Source: an uncultured Oscillospiraceae bacterium
GTDB taxonomy: Bacteria; Bacillota; Clostridia; Oscillospirales; Butyricicoccaceae
Reading direction: 5' to 3'
Length of the DNA stretch: 24,000 nt
Assembly (NCBI GenBank): GCA_964370625.1
Contig: CAYJKB010000003.1
Coordinates: 58,036 to 82,035 of the forward strand
Made by a program: the position numbers and the translations under genes. The notes under the pieces are model-generated. The model was not told the origin of the DNA, searched no databases, and saw only the letters and a program-made list of their open reading frames with translations. Shown here one piece after another: positions 16,394 to 24,000 of this stretch (its first letter is position 1; every line of letters begins with the position of its first letter).

Positions 16394-16639
16394 ATGTATG
16401 ATGGAACTCGCAAGTTTAATCTGGTAGATGAAAATAGACAAGAAATGAAGCGTATTTTGATTACGGTTTATGATGCATTAAAAGAAAAGGGATATAACCC
16501 AATTAATCAAATCGTTGGATACCTATTGTCGGAAGACCCTACCTATATCACAAATCACAACAACGCAAGAAGTCTTATTAGACGAATTGACAGAGATGAT
16601 TTAATGTCAGAAATTGTTTCACAGTATTTAGATAATTAA
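16394..16639 (+). CDS. ireB: IreB-family regulatory phosphoprotein (UPF0297/YrzL)
   Basis: [39 protein letters not shown] is nearly identical in pattern to Enterococcus IreB and Bacillus YrzL. GGAGG lies 8 nt upstream. Confidence 0.85.
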   Translation: MYDGTRKFNLVDENRQEMKRILITVYDALKEKGYNPINQIVGYLLSEDPTYITNHNNARSLIRRIDRDDLMSEIVSQYLDN

Positions 16640-16641
16640 AT

Positions 16642-16670
16642 CAAAACCACCAGTTGAACTGGTGGTTTTG
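16642..16670. terminator. Bidirectional rho-independent terminator shared by ireB (+) and pdaA (-)
   Basis: Perfect 12-bp stem CAAAACCACCAG/CTGGTGGTTTTG with a 5-nt loop, between convergent stops at 16639 and 16677. Confidence 0.8.
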
Positions 16671-16676
16671 ATTCTT

Positions 16677-17498
16677 TTATTGAGCAACAGATTGGCTTTT
16701 AATTAATTCTGAAAGTGGTTTAAAGCTATATCCTTCTTCTTTTAATGTTGTAATAAATTCATCTAATATTTCAGCATTAGTTGAAGAAGTGCTATGTAGT
16801 AACACAATTGCACCATCGTGCATACGTGGAATAAGCTTCTCTAATGCCTCTTGTTTTGTAGGCTGATTATCTGTATACCAATCAACATAAGCAAGGCTCC
16901 AAAAGAATGTCGTGTATCCTAGTTGTTTTGCTAATCTTAGATTATCTTCGTTATATTTTCCTTGAGGTGGTCTGTATACTTTTAACATATCCTCTCCTAT
17001 TATGTCTTTATATAATCTTTCAAGTGATGATAATTGCTCTGAAAAGGTATTTATTTCGCTTAATGTTGTCATATCAGGATGACTATATGTATGATTTCCA
17101 ACTATATGCCCCTCGTCCACCATTCTCTGCACAAGTTCTGGCTGACTTTCAAGATAATGACCTACGAGAAAGAAAGTTGCAGGTACTTCATGGATACTAA
17201 GTGTATCTAGTATATGCTCTGTATATCCATTTTCGAAACCTGCATCAAATGTTAAATAAATATTTTTATCAGATGTATCGCCTATATAGTAAGCATCATA
17301 TTTTTCAAGCTCATCTGACGTTGCATTAGCTATTGGTGCATTACCTTCTTCCTTGAAGCTTAATCCCCAATTACCTGATACTTCTATTGATGAATTTTCA
17401 TTTAATACACCATAAATTCTTCCACTTGTTGCTACTACTAACAAAGTAATTACTGAAACTATTATTCTTGTGGCTTTTTTACTGAGAGAAATATACAT
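16677..17498 (-). CDS. pdaA: Delta-lactam-biosynthetic de-N-acetylase (polysaccharide deacetylase, NodB family; spore cortex)
   Basis: Colinear with B. subtilis PdaA: NWG..., KYDAYYIGDTSDKNIYLTFDAGFENGYT, VPATFFLVGHYL..QPELVQRMVDEGHIVGNHTYSHPDMT, YRPPQG, LGYTTFFWSLAYVDW, GAIVLLHSTS, GYSFKPL. ATG 17498, with a GGTGAT-type SD, is preferred over TTG 17513. Confidence 0.85.
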   Translation of the reverse strand: MYISLSKKATRIIVSVITLLVVATSGRIYGVLNENSSIEVSGNWGLSFKEEGNAPIANATSDELEKYDAYYIGDTSDKNIYLTFDAGFENGYTEHILDTLSIHEVPATFFLVGHYLESQPELVQRMVDEGHIVGNHTYSHPDMTTLSEINTFSEQLSSLERLYKDIIGEDMLKVYRPPQGKYNEDNLRLAKQLGYTTFFWSLAYVDWYTDNQPTKQEALEKLIPRMHDGAIVLLHSTSSTNAEILDEFITTLKEEGYSFKPLSELIKSQSVAQ

Positions 17499-17500
17499 AA

Positions 17501-17556
17501 AATCACCGTCCAAACTTTTATTTAATGAATTATTAAATAATATGTAGACGGTGATT
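17501..17556 (-). terminator. Long hairpin between bioY and pdaA; a possible birA-bioY terminator that includes the pdaA SD
   Basis: Perfect 10-bp inverted repeat AATCACCGTC (17501-17510) / GACGGTGATT (17547-17556). It encloses an inner 9-bp AT stem, TTATTTAAT/ATTAAATAA. On the minus strand the 3' arm is followed by TTTATGTATATTT. Confidence 0.4.
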
Positions 17557-17575
17557 ATTTTATTCGACTTTATTT

Positions 17576-18139
17576 TTAATTTGAAGTTTGCATTTTTGGA
17601 AGTACACGTTTAAGTGTAACAGCTACACTTGCAGCTGCTAAACATTTTACAATATCTCCTGGCAATGTTAGTAAAAAGAAATAAACAAAAAATACACTTG
17701 TATCAATTGGTGTTCCTAACATAAAGTTAGTTAATATATAATAATATCCCATACCGAAAATATAAATCATAGCCATGCCAAATACACCAGCTGTTACATA
17801 ATTATTAAATTTCGGATTTTCAAATTTGTTTATTATTACCCCTGTTGCAAAGGCTGAGACTACAAATCCAATTATATATCCAAAAGTAGGTTTTAACACG
17901 TATGCAAAGCCTCCCCCACCTGTAAATACAGGTAATCCTAAAAGCCCTAGTAGCATGTATATTCCCATACTTAATGCTCCATATTTTGCACCTAATACCA
18001 TTCCTGCTAATATAACAAACAAGGTTTGCAATGAAAATGGTACAAATGGAAGTGGAATTTTGATATAAGCTCCCACTACAGTCAGTGCAATAAATAAAGC
18101 ACATAAAATTGTATTTCGTATATTTAATTTTGATTGCAT
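17576..18139 (-). CDS. bioY: Biotin transporter BioY (ECF-type S component)
   Basis: 187 aa with about 6 TM segments. BioY motifs PFVPFSLQTLFVILAGMVLG, GLPVFTGGGG, KPTFGYIIGF. Located immediately downstream of birA. Confidence 0.88.
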   Translation of the reverse strand: MQSKLNIRNTILCALFIALTVVGAYIKIPLPFVPFSLQTLFVILAGMVLGAKYGALSMGIYMLLGLLGLPVFTGGGGFAYVLKPTFGYIIGFVVSAFATGVIINKFENPKFNNYVTAGVFGMAMIYIFGMGYYYILTNFMLGTPIDTSVFFVYFFLLTLPGDIVKCLAAASVAVTLKRVLPKMQTSN

Positions 18140-18157
18140 ATTAAATACTCCTTGAGT

Positions 18158-19129
18158 TTAATTAGTTTTTATGCTAATTTCTCCAGCTGATAAAACTTCT
18201 GTTTGTCCATTTTGTTTTTCAACAATCAACCTACAATTATCATCTATCGAAATCGCTTTTGCGTCATAAGTTTCTTTTCCGCTTATAACTTTAACAGTTT
18301 TTCCTATTACAAAAGAACGGTCCTTATATTCTTGCAAAAATAAAAGTTCATCAAAATTTTTATAATAATAAGAGATATTACTTAATATTTCTGCAATTAA
18401 TTTATTGCGCATATCAGCTTTATTTTCTTCGCTAATATATCCCAAAATATTACTTATGTCTTGTGGTATGCTTTCTGATGGTGCAAACACATTGATGCCA
18501 ATGCCCAAAATTATTGCCCCTATATCACCTGTTTCAACATTTATAACACCTTCTGTAAGTATTCCACATACTTTTCTTTCATTGATAAAAATATCATTAA
18601 CCCATTTAATTTTAGGGTCTTTATTACATATTTTTATAATTGCATTACAAACTGCAACTGCTGTCATTGAAGTAATTAGCACTGCTTTTTCAGCTTCAAG
18701 TTTAGGTTTAAGCAGAATACTCATATAAATCCCAGTGGAATTGGGGGAAAAAAAGCTTCTACCAAGTCTGCCTTTACCGCTTGTTTGTTCATCAGCTATA
18801 ATTACTGTGCCATGTTCATATTCCATTTCTTTTGATTTTAAATAAGTATTTGTTGATGGCAATGAATTAAAAGTTTCTATCTTAAAATCAATAAAATTAT
18901 TTGAAATATTATCTAAAATTTCAGATTTTGATATAATATCTGTATTTTGGCTTAATAAATACCCTTTATTTGTAACAGCTTTTATATCATATCCTTCATT
19001 TTGCAAAGCTTTTACTGCTTTCCACACAGCATTGCGACTTACATATAATTTTTCTGCAATTTGTTCTCCTGATATAAAATTACCTCTATTTTGATAAAAA
19101 ATTTCTTTAACTTGGTCTTTAATTGTCAT
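18158..19129 (-). CDS. birA: Bifunctional biotin--[acetyl-CoA-carboxylase] ligase / biotin operon repressor
   Basis: N-terminal wHTH ISGEQIAEKLYVSRNAVWKAVKALQNEGYDI, the biotin-binding loop GKGRLGRSF, WVNDI, and a C-terminal SH3-like domain. Confidence 0.92.
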   Translation of the reverse strand: MTIKDQVKEIFYQNRGNFISGEQIAEKLYVSRNAVWKAVKALQNEGYDIKAVTNKGYLLSQNTDIISKSEILDNISNNFIDFKIETFNSLPSTNTYLKSKEMEYEHGTVIIADEQTSGKGRLGRSFFSPNSTGIYMSILLKPKLEAEKAVLITSMTAVAVCNAIIKICNKDPKIKWVNDIFINERKVCGILTEGVINVETGDIGAIILGIGINVFAPSESIPQDISNILGYISEENKADMRNKLIAEILSNISYYYKNFDELLFLQEYKDRSFVIGKTVKVISGKETYDAKAISIDDNCRLIVEKQNGQTEVLSAGEISIKTN

Positions 19130-19162
19130 GACTATAACCTTTCTTTTTTCAGCTGTTTCTTA

Positions 19163-19191
19163 ATTATATTAATAATAGTGTTAATTGTCAA
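19163..19191 (-). promoter_or_regulatory. Consensus sigma-A promoter of birA-bioY
   Basis: Minus strand reads TTGACA (plus 19186-19191), a 17-nt spacer, then TATAAT (plus 19163-19168), ending about 33 nt upstream of the birA ATG. Confidence 0.65.
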
Positions 19192-19216
19192 CCTTTATAA
19201 TTCAATTGGTGACAAT
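19184..19216. promoter_or_regulatory. BirA operator (bioO-like inverted repeat)
   Basis: ATTGTCAACC-N13-GGTGACAAT, that is TGTCAAC-N15-GGTGACA. The half-sites are of the same type as the E. coli and Firmicute BirA operators (TTGTWAACC...GGTTWACAA). The proximal half-site contains the -35 TTGACA. Confidence 0.7.
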
Positions 19217-19266
19217 GATAAAAGGATATGATTAAAATAAAATTTTATCACACCCTCTTATCATAT

Positions 19267-19842
19267 TTACATAATAGGCTCTAAACCAAAATAACTCAAT
19301 AATCCAAAGTATAGTCCCCTTGCAAACCCATATTGATCATCACGTAATTTTATATTATCTTGGGGATTTGTAATATATGCAAGCTCTGCTAAAACAGATG
19401 GCATTGCTGTTTTTCTAAGAACATATAAGGCTGGATTTAATCGCACAGCATTATCCTTTGTGCCCACAACAGCCACTACTGCATTTAATAAATGTTGTGC
19501 AAGCCAATATGATTGCGTATTTTCTGAATAAACATACATTTCAGTACCATTAATTGCTGGATTTACATTTGCGTTCGCATGAATACTTAAAAAATAATCT
19601 GCTCCCCATTGATTTGCCATGTTTACACGTGAAATAAGACTTGTTGCATTGGTTGTGCCTAATATTTCATCTGGAGATTTGCGAGATAACATTACTTCAA
19701 AGCGTGGATCTGCTGTTAGAAATTCTGCAAGATATACACCTACATTATATGTAATATCTTGTTCACGTAGCCCAAATCCTTCTGCACCTGCATTTACATC
19801 TTTTGGATTATGCCCTTGATCTACAAAAATTTTAATCGCCAT
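19267..19842 (-). CDS. N-acetylmuramoyl-L-alanine amidase (Amidase_3 family), no recognisable signal peptide
   Basis: IFVDQGHNP...NAGAEG, E.DITYNV, ADYFLSIHANA, GTEMYVYS and PSVLAELAYITNPQD are Amidase_3 zinc-ligand and core motifs. RBS AAAGGAG lies upstream. Confidence 0.85.
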   Translation of the reverse strand: MAIKIFVDQGHNPKDVNAGAEGFGLREQDITYNVGVYLAEFLTADPRFEVMLSRKSPDEILGTTNATSLISRVNMANQWGADYFLSIHANANVNPAINGTEMYVYSENTQSYWLAQHLLNAVVAVVGTKDNAVRLNPALYVLRKTAMPSVLAELAYITNPQDNIKLRDDQYGFARGLYFGLLSYFGLEPIM

Positions 19843-19949
19843 AATACATACAACTCCTTTTCGAAGCTTTAAACAAACAAATTGTTGTATATGTTAAAAG
19901 CTTTTATAACAGTGTATGCACTATGGCGAAAAATGTTTAATATTAATTT

Positions 19950-20519
19950 TTAGTTACTTGAAATCCCATTAAAAAGTATATCTAATTGAGTTTCAACACA
20001 TATATTAATTTCACGTTCTGAATTAATAAATACTTGATGAATTATAGCATGAAGCAGTGGTATTAAATGAATGACATCAATATCTTTTCTTACTTCTCCT
20101 GTTTCTTGTGCAGATTTAATAAGTTTTTCAAGGTTATAAATATCATTCCCAACCTTGTTTTCAAAAATTTCTTTAAGATCTACAATCATGTTGCTATGCT
20201 TTTCAATAGCGTTAAATATAAAATACCCCGAAGAATAGCATTCTATAGAATGATTTATAAAACTTTCGATTTTATAACGTAAATTAGTATCGCTTTCTAC
20301 AATTTTACTAACTTCTGTATTAAATTCATCTAACAACATAGAAACACATTGACAAAACAAGTCGTTTTTTGATGGAAAATACTCATATATTGTGCCCTTA
20401 CCAATACCAGCTAAAGTTGCAATTTCTTCAACTTTTGCATTATCAAATCCCTTTTCAGAAAATACTTGATAAGCAGACATCAAAATTTGCTTTTTTCTAA
20501 TTTGTTTTGCTTTAGTCAT
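19950..20519 (-). CDS. TetR/AcrR-family transcriptional regulator
   Basis: N-terminal HTH ILMSAYQVFSEKGFDNAKVEEIATLAGIGKGTIYEYFPSKNDLF with a helical C-terminal ligand domain. It starts 5 nt after the RND stop. Confidence 0.88.
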   Translation of the reverse strand: MTKAKQIRKKQILMSAYQVFSEKGFDNAKVEEIATLAGIGKGTIYEYFPSKNDLFCQCVSMLLDEFNTEVSKIVESDTNLRYKIESFINHSIECYSSGYFIFNAIEKHSNMIVDLKEIFENKVGNDIYNLEKLIKSAQETGEVRKDIDVIHLIPLLHAIIHQVFINSEREINICVETQLDILFNGISSN

Positions 20520-20524
20520 AATTA

Positions 20525-23500
20525 TTAACCCTTTGTTTCTGTGTGTTCATCTTTTTCTGTCGTACTTTTATCTTCATGAGATTTATCATCAGCGTTATTT
20601 TTCTTTGACTCTTTATTTTTTTCGATTTTAGCAATTTTTTTGGCTAAAACCTTTTGATGACGAGCTTCTTTTTTAGCTACACGATTATTTGAACGTGTTT
20701 TCAAAATCGAATATACCACAGGTGAGAATACCAGTGTTACAACCGTAGAAATAGCAAGACCAGAAATCATAACCACAGCCATAGGTACCATCGTTTCGCT
20801 ATTTTCACCTTGTGCAAGTGCCATAGGTAATAGACCTAGTATTGTTGTAAGTGTTGTCATCATAACTGGGCGAATACGACGTGGACAAGCTCTTAATATC
20901 GCTGTCTGCATTTCTTCACCACGTTCTTCACGTATTCTGATATAGTCAATAAGTACGATTGAGTTATTAACCACGATACCAGCAAGCATAATTACACCTA
21001 TAAAGGCAGGCATACTAACAGGCATATTTGTTAAGAATAATCCAAATAAACCACCCGCTAATCCAAGTGGGCTTGCAAGCATAATGATAAATGGTAATAA
21101 CATTGATTCGAATTGAGATGCCAAGATAAAGTAAACCAGTGCAATCGCAACAATTAACGCTTGACCTAATGTTGTAAATGATTCAATAATTTCATCCATT
21201 TCCCCACCCATATCAATTAAATATCCGTTTGGAAGTGGATAATTATCTATTATTTGTTGAACGCTTTGTGTAAGCATTGTGATATCAGCTCCAGCTTTTG
21301 CATCTGACGTTATAGATACTGTACGCACCTGATTTTCACGAGAAATTTGCATTGAACCTAATTCAATATTTACATCAGCAATCATATCAAGTGGAACAGT
21401 TGCACCCATCTGTGTAGGTATAGGCAGTGTTTTAAGGCTTTCCATGCTATCTGCATAAGAAGAGTCACCTTTAACTATTACATCAATTTCTTCGCCAGCC
21501 ATAGAAAGTTTAGTGGCTGAAGCACCCGTTAGCTGTGCATTAACAGCACTACCAACTGTAGCTGATGTAAGCCCAAATCTTGCTGCTGCTTGTTTATCCA
21601 ATGTTATATTAACTTGTGGAATACGTTCTGAAATTGATGATTTTACATCTTGACTTCCTTCAATAGTCTCTATTTGTGCTACTAAATCATTTGCTATTCG
21701 CTCAAGCATTTCAGAATCACTACCTGAAACTGTAAATGCAATAGCAGTAGTTGAACCACCTGTCATTGTCATCCCTGCATCTGAAACTGTGATTTCAGCT
21801 CCTGCAATTCCAGATAATCTTTGGCGCATTTCATCACCAACTTCAAATACACTTCTATCACGTTCATCTAATGACACTAATGTAATTGTTGCTGATGCTG
21901 AATTTGCACTTGAGCTATAGAAAAGTGTTTCAATTTCAGGAATATCTTCTACAGCTGACATAACTTCTTCTGCAATTTCTGTTGTTTCTTCAAGCTCGCT
22001 TCCTGAAGGCAATGAAATTGATACAGTTATCGAGCCTTGGTCTGATGCTGGCATGAGTTCTACACCAACAACAGCAAGCGATGATAAGAATATTGCAAAC
22101 AACACAAATGATGCTATCATTGTAGTTTTTCTGAATTTCAAACAAGTTTTAAGTGCTTTTTCATATATGCCTAAAAGTGTTTTTGACAACTTACTTTTTT
22201 CTGTGTTTTTATTTGATTGTAATATTGGTAATTCTTCATCTCTATCAAGCAATGTATAACAAAGTAGAGGTACAAGTGTTAGTGCTACAACAAGTGATGA
22301 TACTAAAAGTGCGATAATTGTTACACAAAATTCTAAGAACATATCCCCAGTCATTCCACCGGATAAACCAATTGGCAAAAATACTGCGATTGTTGTAAGT
22401 GTTGAAGCTGAAATTGAAAGAGCAACCTCTCCTGCACCACTTACACAAGAATCAAATCGTGTTTGACCATCTTCACGATATTTATAAATGTTTTCAAGTA
22501 CAACAACTGAGTTATCAACAATCATACCAACACCCATTGCCATACCACCAAGAGTCATTACGTTCATAGTAAGATCTAACGCTTGCATAATGATAAATGT
22601 ACCAATCAAACTTACAGGCATTGATACTGCGATTACTAATGTTGTTTTTAAGTTTTTAAGGAATGCTAACAATACAATTACAGCAAAGAGTATGCCGTAC
22701 ATAATATTTTCCATTACAGATTGAATTGAAAGATTGATAAAATCTGCTTGGTCAAAGAAATTTACTATTTCAAATTCAGGATATTCAGCCAAAAACTCAT
22801 CATAAGCTTTTAATACTTCTTCTGATGTTTCAACTGTGTTTACACCTGATTGTTTTTGAATTTCAAGTGAAATAGAATCTCTTCCGTTTAGCTTTGCTAT
22901 AGAAGTTATTTCTTCTGGTCTAAGTGTAACTGTTGCGATTTCTGATAATGTTACAACTCCTCCAGTTGGAAGTGGAATCAGTGCATTTTCAATATCATTT
23001 ACTGATTCAAATTCCCCAGTTGTACGAACCGTTAATGTCTTCGTTCCATTTTGAAGTTCACCTGATGGAATTGCCATATTATCTGCACGTAATATATTAG
23101 CTATATAATCAACTGTGATATTATATCCACGAAGTGCATCTGCATAAGTGTCAATTACTACTTCATTTGTATATCCACCCAAGATATTAACGGCTGCTAC
23201 ACCTTCAATTCGCTCTAAAGAAGGTACTAATGCATCTTCAAGCAAAGTTTGAATTTCATATATCGGCATATCTCCCGTTACACTAGATTGGATAATCGGC
23301 ATAGCATCAAGGTCAATTGCCATAATCATAGGAGTTGATGCTCCTTCTGGCAAAAATCCTTCGATCATATCTACGCTCTCACGCACATTAACAATTGCTG
23401 TGTCCATATTAGTTCCATCAGCAAACTCTAGAATTACAGTTGTCATTCCTTCGGAAGTAGTTGAAGAAATTGTTTCAATTCCAGCAACACGAGCTGCAGC

Positions 23501-23707
23501 TTGTTCAAGTGGCTGTGTTACTAATGATTCCATCTCTTCAGGACCTGTACCTGAATAACTAGATTGAATAATTGCAATTGGTATTTCAATGCTAGGCATT
23601 AAATCAAGGGCTATATTTTGAAATGATATAGCACCAAATACAACCATTGCAATGTAAATCATGAATGTAGTTACTTTACGGCGAATAGAAAATCCTGCCA
23701 AATTCAT
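20525..23707 (-). CDS. RND-family efflux transporter permease (AcrB/HAE1-like)
   Basis: 1060 aa with a 12-TM, two-large-loop architecture. N-terminal FSIRRKVTTFMIY..., LDLMPSIEIP, and the conserved TM4 region GMAMGVGMIVDNSVVVLENI repeated as AGIVVNNSIVLIDY in TM10. A Lys/Glu-rich C-terminal tail of about 55 aa. Confidence 0.92.
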   Translation of the reverse strand: MNLAGFSIRRKVTTFMIYIAMVVFGAISFQNIALDLMPSIEIPIAIIQSSYSGTGPEEMESLVTQPLEQAAARVAGIETISSTTSEGMTTVILEFADGTNMDTAIVNVRESVDMIEGFLPEGASTPMIMAIDLDAMPIIQSSVTGDMPIYEIQTLLEDALVPSLERIEGVAAVNILGGYTNEVVIDTYADALRGYNITVDYIANILRADNMAIPSGELQNGTKTLTVRTTGEFESVNDIENALIPLPTGGVVTLSEIATVTLRPEEITSIAKLNGRDSISLEIQKQSGVNTVETSEEVLKAYDEFLAEYPEFEIVNFFDQADFINLSIQSVMENIMYGILFAVIVLLAFLKNLKTTLVIAVSMPVSLIGTFIIMQALDLTMNVMTLGGMAMGVGMIVDNSVVVLENIYKYREDGQTRFDSCVSGAGEVALSISASTLTTIAVFLPIGLSGGMTGDMFLEFCVTIIALLVSSLVVALTLVPLLCYTLLDRDEELPILQSNKNTEKSKLSKTLLGIYEKALKTCLKFRKTTMIASFVLFAIFLSSLAVVGVELMPASDQGSITVSISLPSGSELEETTEIAEEVMSAVEDIPEIETLFYSSSANSASATITLVSLDERDRSVFEVGDEMRQRLSGIAGAEITVSDAGMTMTGGSTTAIAFTVSGSDSEMLERIANDLVAQIETIEGSQDVKSSISERIPQVNITLDKQAAARFGLTSATVGSAVNAQLTGASATKLSMAGEEIDVIVKGDSSYADSMESLKTLPIPTQMGATVPLDMIADVNIELGSMQISRENQVRTVSITSDAKAGADITMLTQSVQQIIDNYPLPNGYLIDMGGEMDEIIESFTTLGQALIVAIALVYFILASQFESMLLPFIIMLASPLGLAGGLFGLFLTNMPVSMPAFIGVIMLAGIVVNNSIVLIDYIRIREERGEEMQTAILRACPRRIRPVMMTTLTTILGLLPMALAQGENSETMVPMAVVMISGLAISTVVTLVFSPVVYSILKTRSNNRVAKKEARHQKVLAKKIAKIEKNKESKKNNADDKSHEDKSTTEKDEHTETKG

Positions 23708-24000
23708 TAGTTGACCTCCCCATTAACCGTTACCATTTGTCCATCTTCAACATAATCTTGACCACTAGTTACAAGTGTTTCACCGCCAACTAAACCTGAT
23801 AATACTTCTGTATCTAACCCATCTGATAAACCAGTTGTAATATTAATTTTAGTTACAGATTTATCTGCATTTACAATAAATACATAATCACCTTCTGCAT
23901 CATTTAAAATACTATCTGATGGAATTTTTACAGCTCCCACTGATGTATTCGTTGCAAAAGTTACATTACAGAACATACCTACAGTATATTCTTCGCTTTG
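23707..24000 (-). CDS. Efflux RND periplasmic adaptor (membrane fusion protein, HlyD family), C-terminal part; 5' end lies outside the window
   Basis: The open frame continues to the window edge. The C-terminal beta-barrel/MP-domain pattern reads VKIPSDSILNDAEGDYVFIVN...V.K..I.TGL.DG..TEVLSGL..GE.LVTSG. The stop TAA overlaps the RND ATG (TAATG). GGGGAGG RBS for the RND gene lies inside its 3' end. Confidence 0.8.
   Translation of the reverse strand, partial: QSEEYTVGMFCNVTFATNTSVGAVKIPSDSILNDAEGDYVFIVNADKSVTKINITTGLSDGLDTEVLSGLVGGETLVTSGQDYVEDGQMVTVNGEVN

Noticed and set aside
17820-18104. 94-aa alternative-frame ORF and an 80-aa antisense ORF inside bioY
   Set aside because: Both lie entirely within the well-supported BioY frame, and their Cys/Ile/Asn-rich translations show no motifs.
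19864-19903. Imperfect hairpin AAGCTTTAAACA...TGTTAAAAGCTT between the TetR gene and the amidase gene, considered as a terminator
   Set aside because: The stem is bulged, the loop is 16 nt, and no U-tract follows on the minus strand. It could equally be part of the amidase promoter or 5' UTR. The evidence is not strong enough to call.
1-24000. Looked for CRISPR arrays, IS or transposon ends, integrases, phage genes, defence-system genes (nucleases, helicases, STAND/AAA ATPases, methylases), and rRNA or tRNA genes
   Set aside because: None seen. Composition is uniform by eye, gene content is core metabolism and cell envelope, and the synteny (acpS-ydcC-alr-mazF, pheST, birA-bioY) is that of a conserved chromosomal backbone, not an accessory island.

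Overview
AT-rich, low-GC Firmicutes (Clostridia-like) chromosomal segment. It is densely packed with about 22 protein-coding genes, and nearly all are recognisable core or housekeeping functions. Reading left to right: feoA; a cyclic-nucleotide-binding/DUF2225 fusion protein; a secreted protein with a copper-amine-oxidase-N-like domain; a 1093-aa SLH-anchored surface protein with a phosphodiester glycosidase domain; a Zn-phospholipase-C-like protein; a LysM/G5/M23 peptidoglycan endopeptidase; the Bacillus-like cluster acpS, ydcC-like lipoprotein, alr, mazF, with no mazE, followed by a translationally coupled membrane-anchored unknown; a Phe T-box leader with pheS, pheT and ireB; pdaA; birA-bioY with a BirA operator; an Amidase_3 cell-wall amidase; and an MFP/RND/TetR efflux operon that runs off the right edge. 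I see no rRNA or tRNA genes, CRISPR arrays, transposases, integrases, phage genes or recognisable defence genes. I found no convincing novel multi-gene system. The best second-look items are: (1) the antitoxin-less mazF with its tightly coupled downstream membrane protein; (2) the cNMP-sensor/DUF2225 fusion; (3) DtxR/IdeR-like iron boxes flanking feoA; (4) an orphan promoter-like element with an 18-bp perfect palindrome and a possible sRNA between convergent terminators; (5) a hairpin that could both terminate birA-bioY and mask the pdaA ribosome-binding site. All functional calls come from motif recognition by eye. No database search was run.
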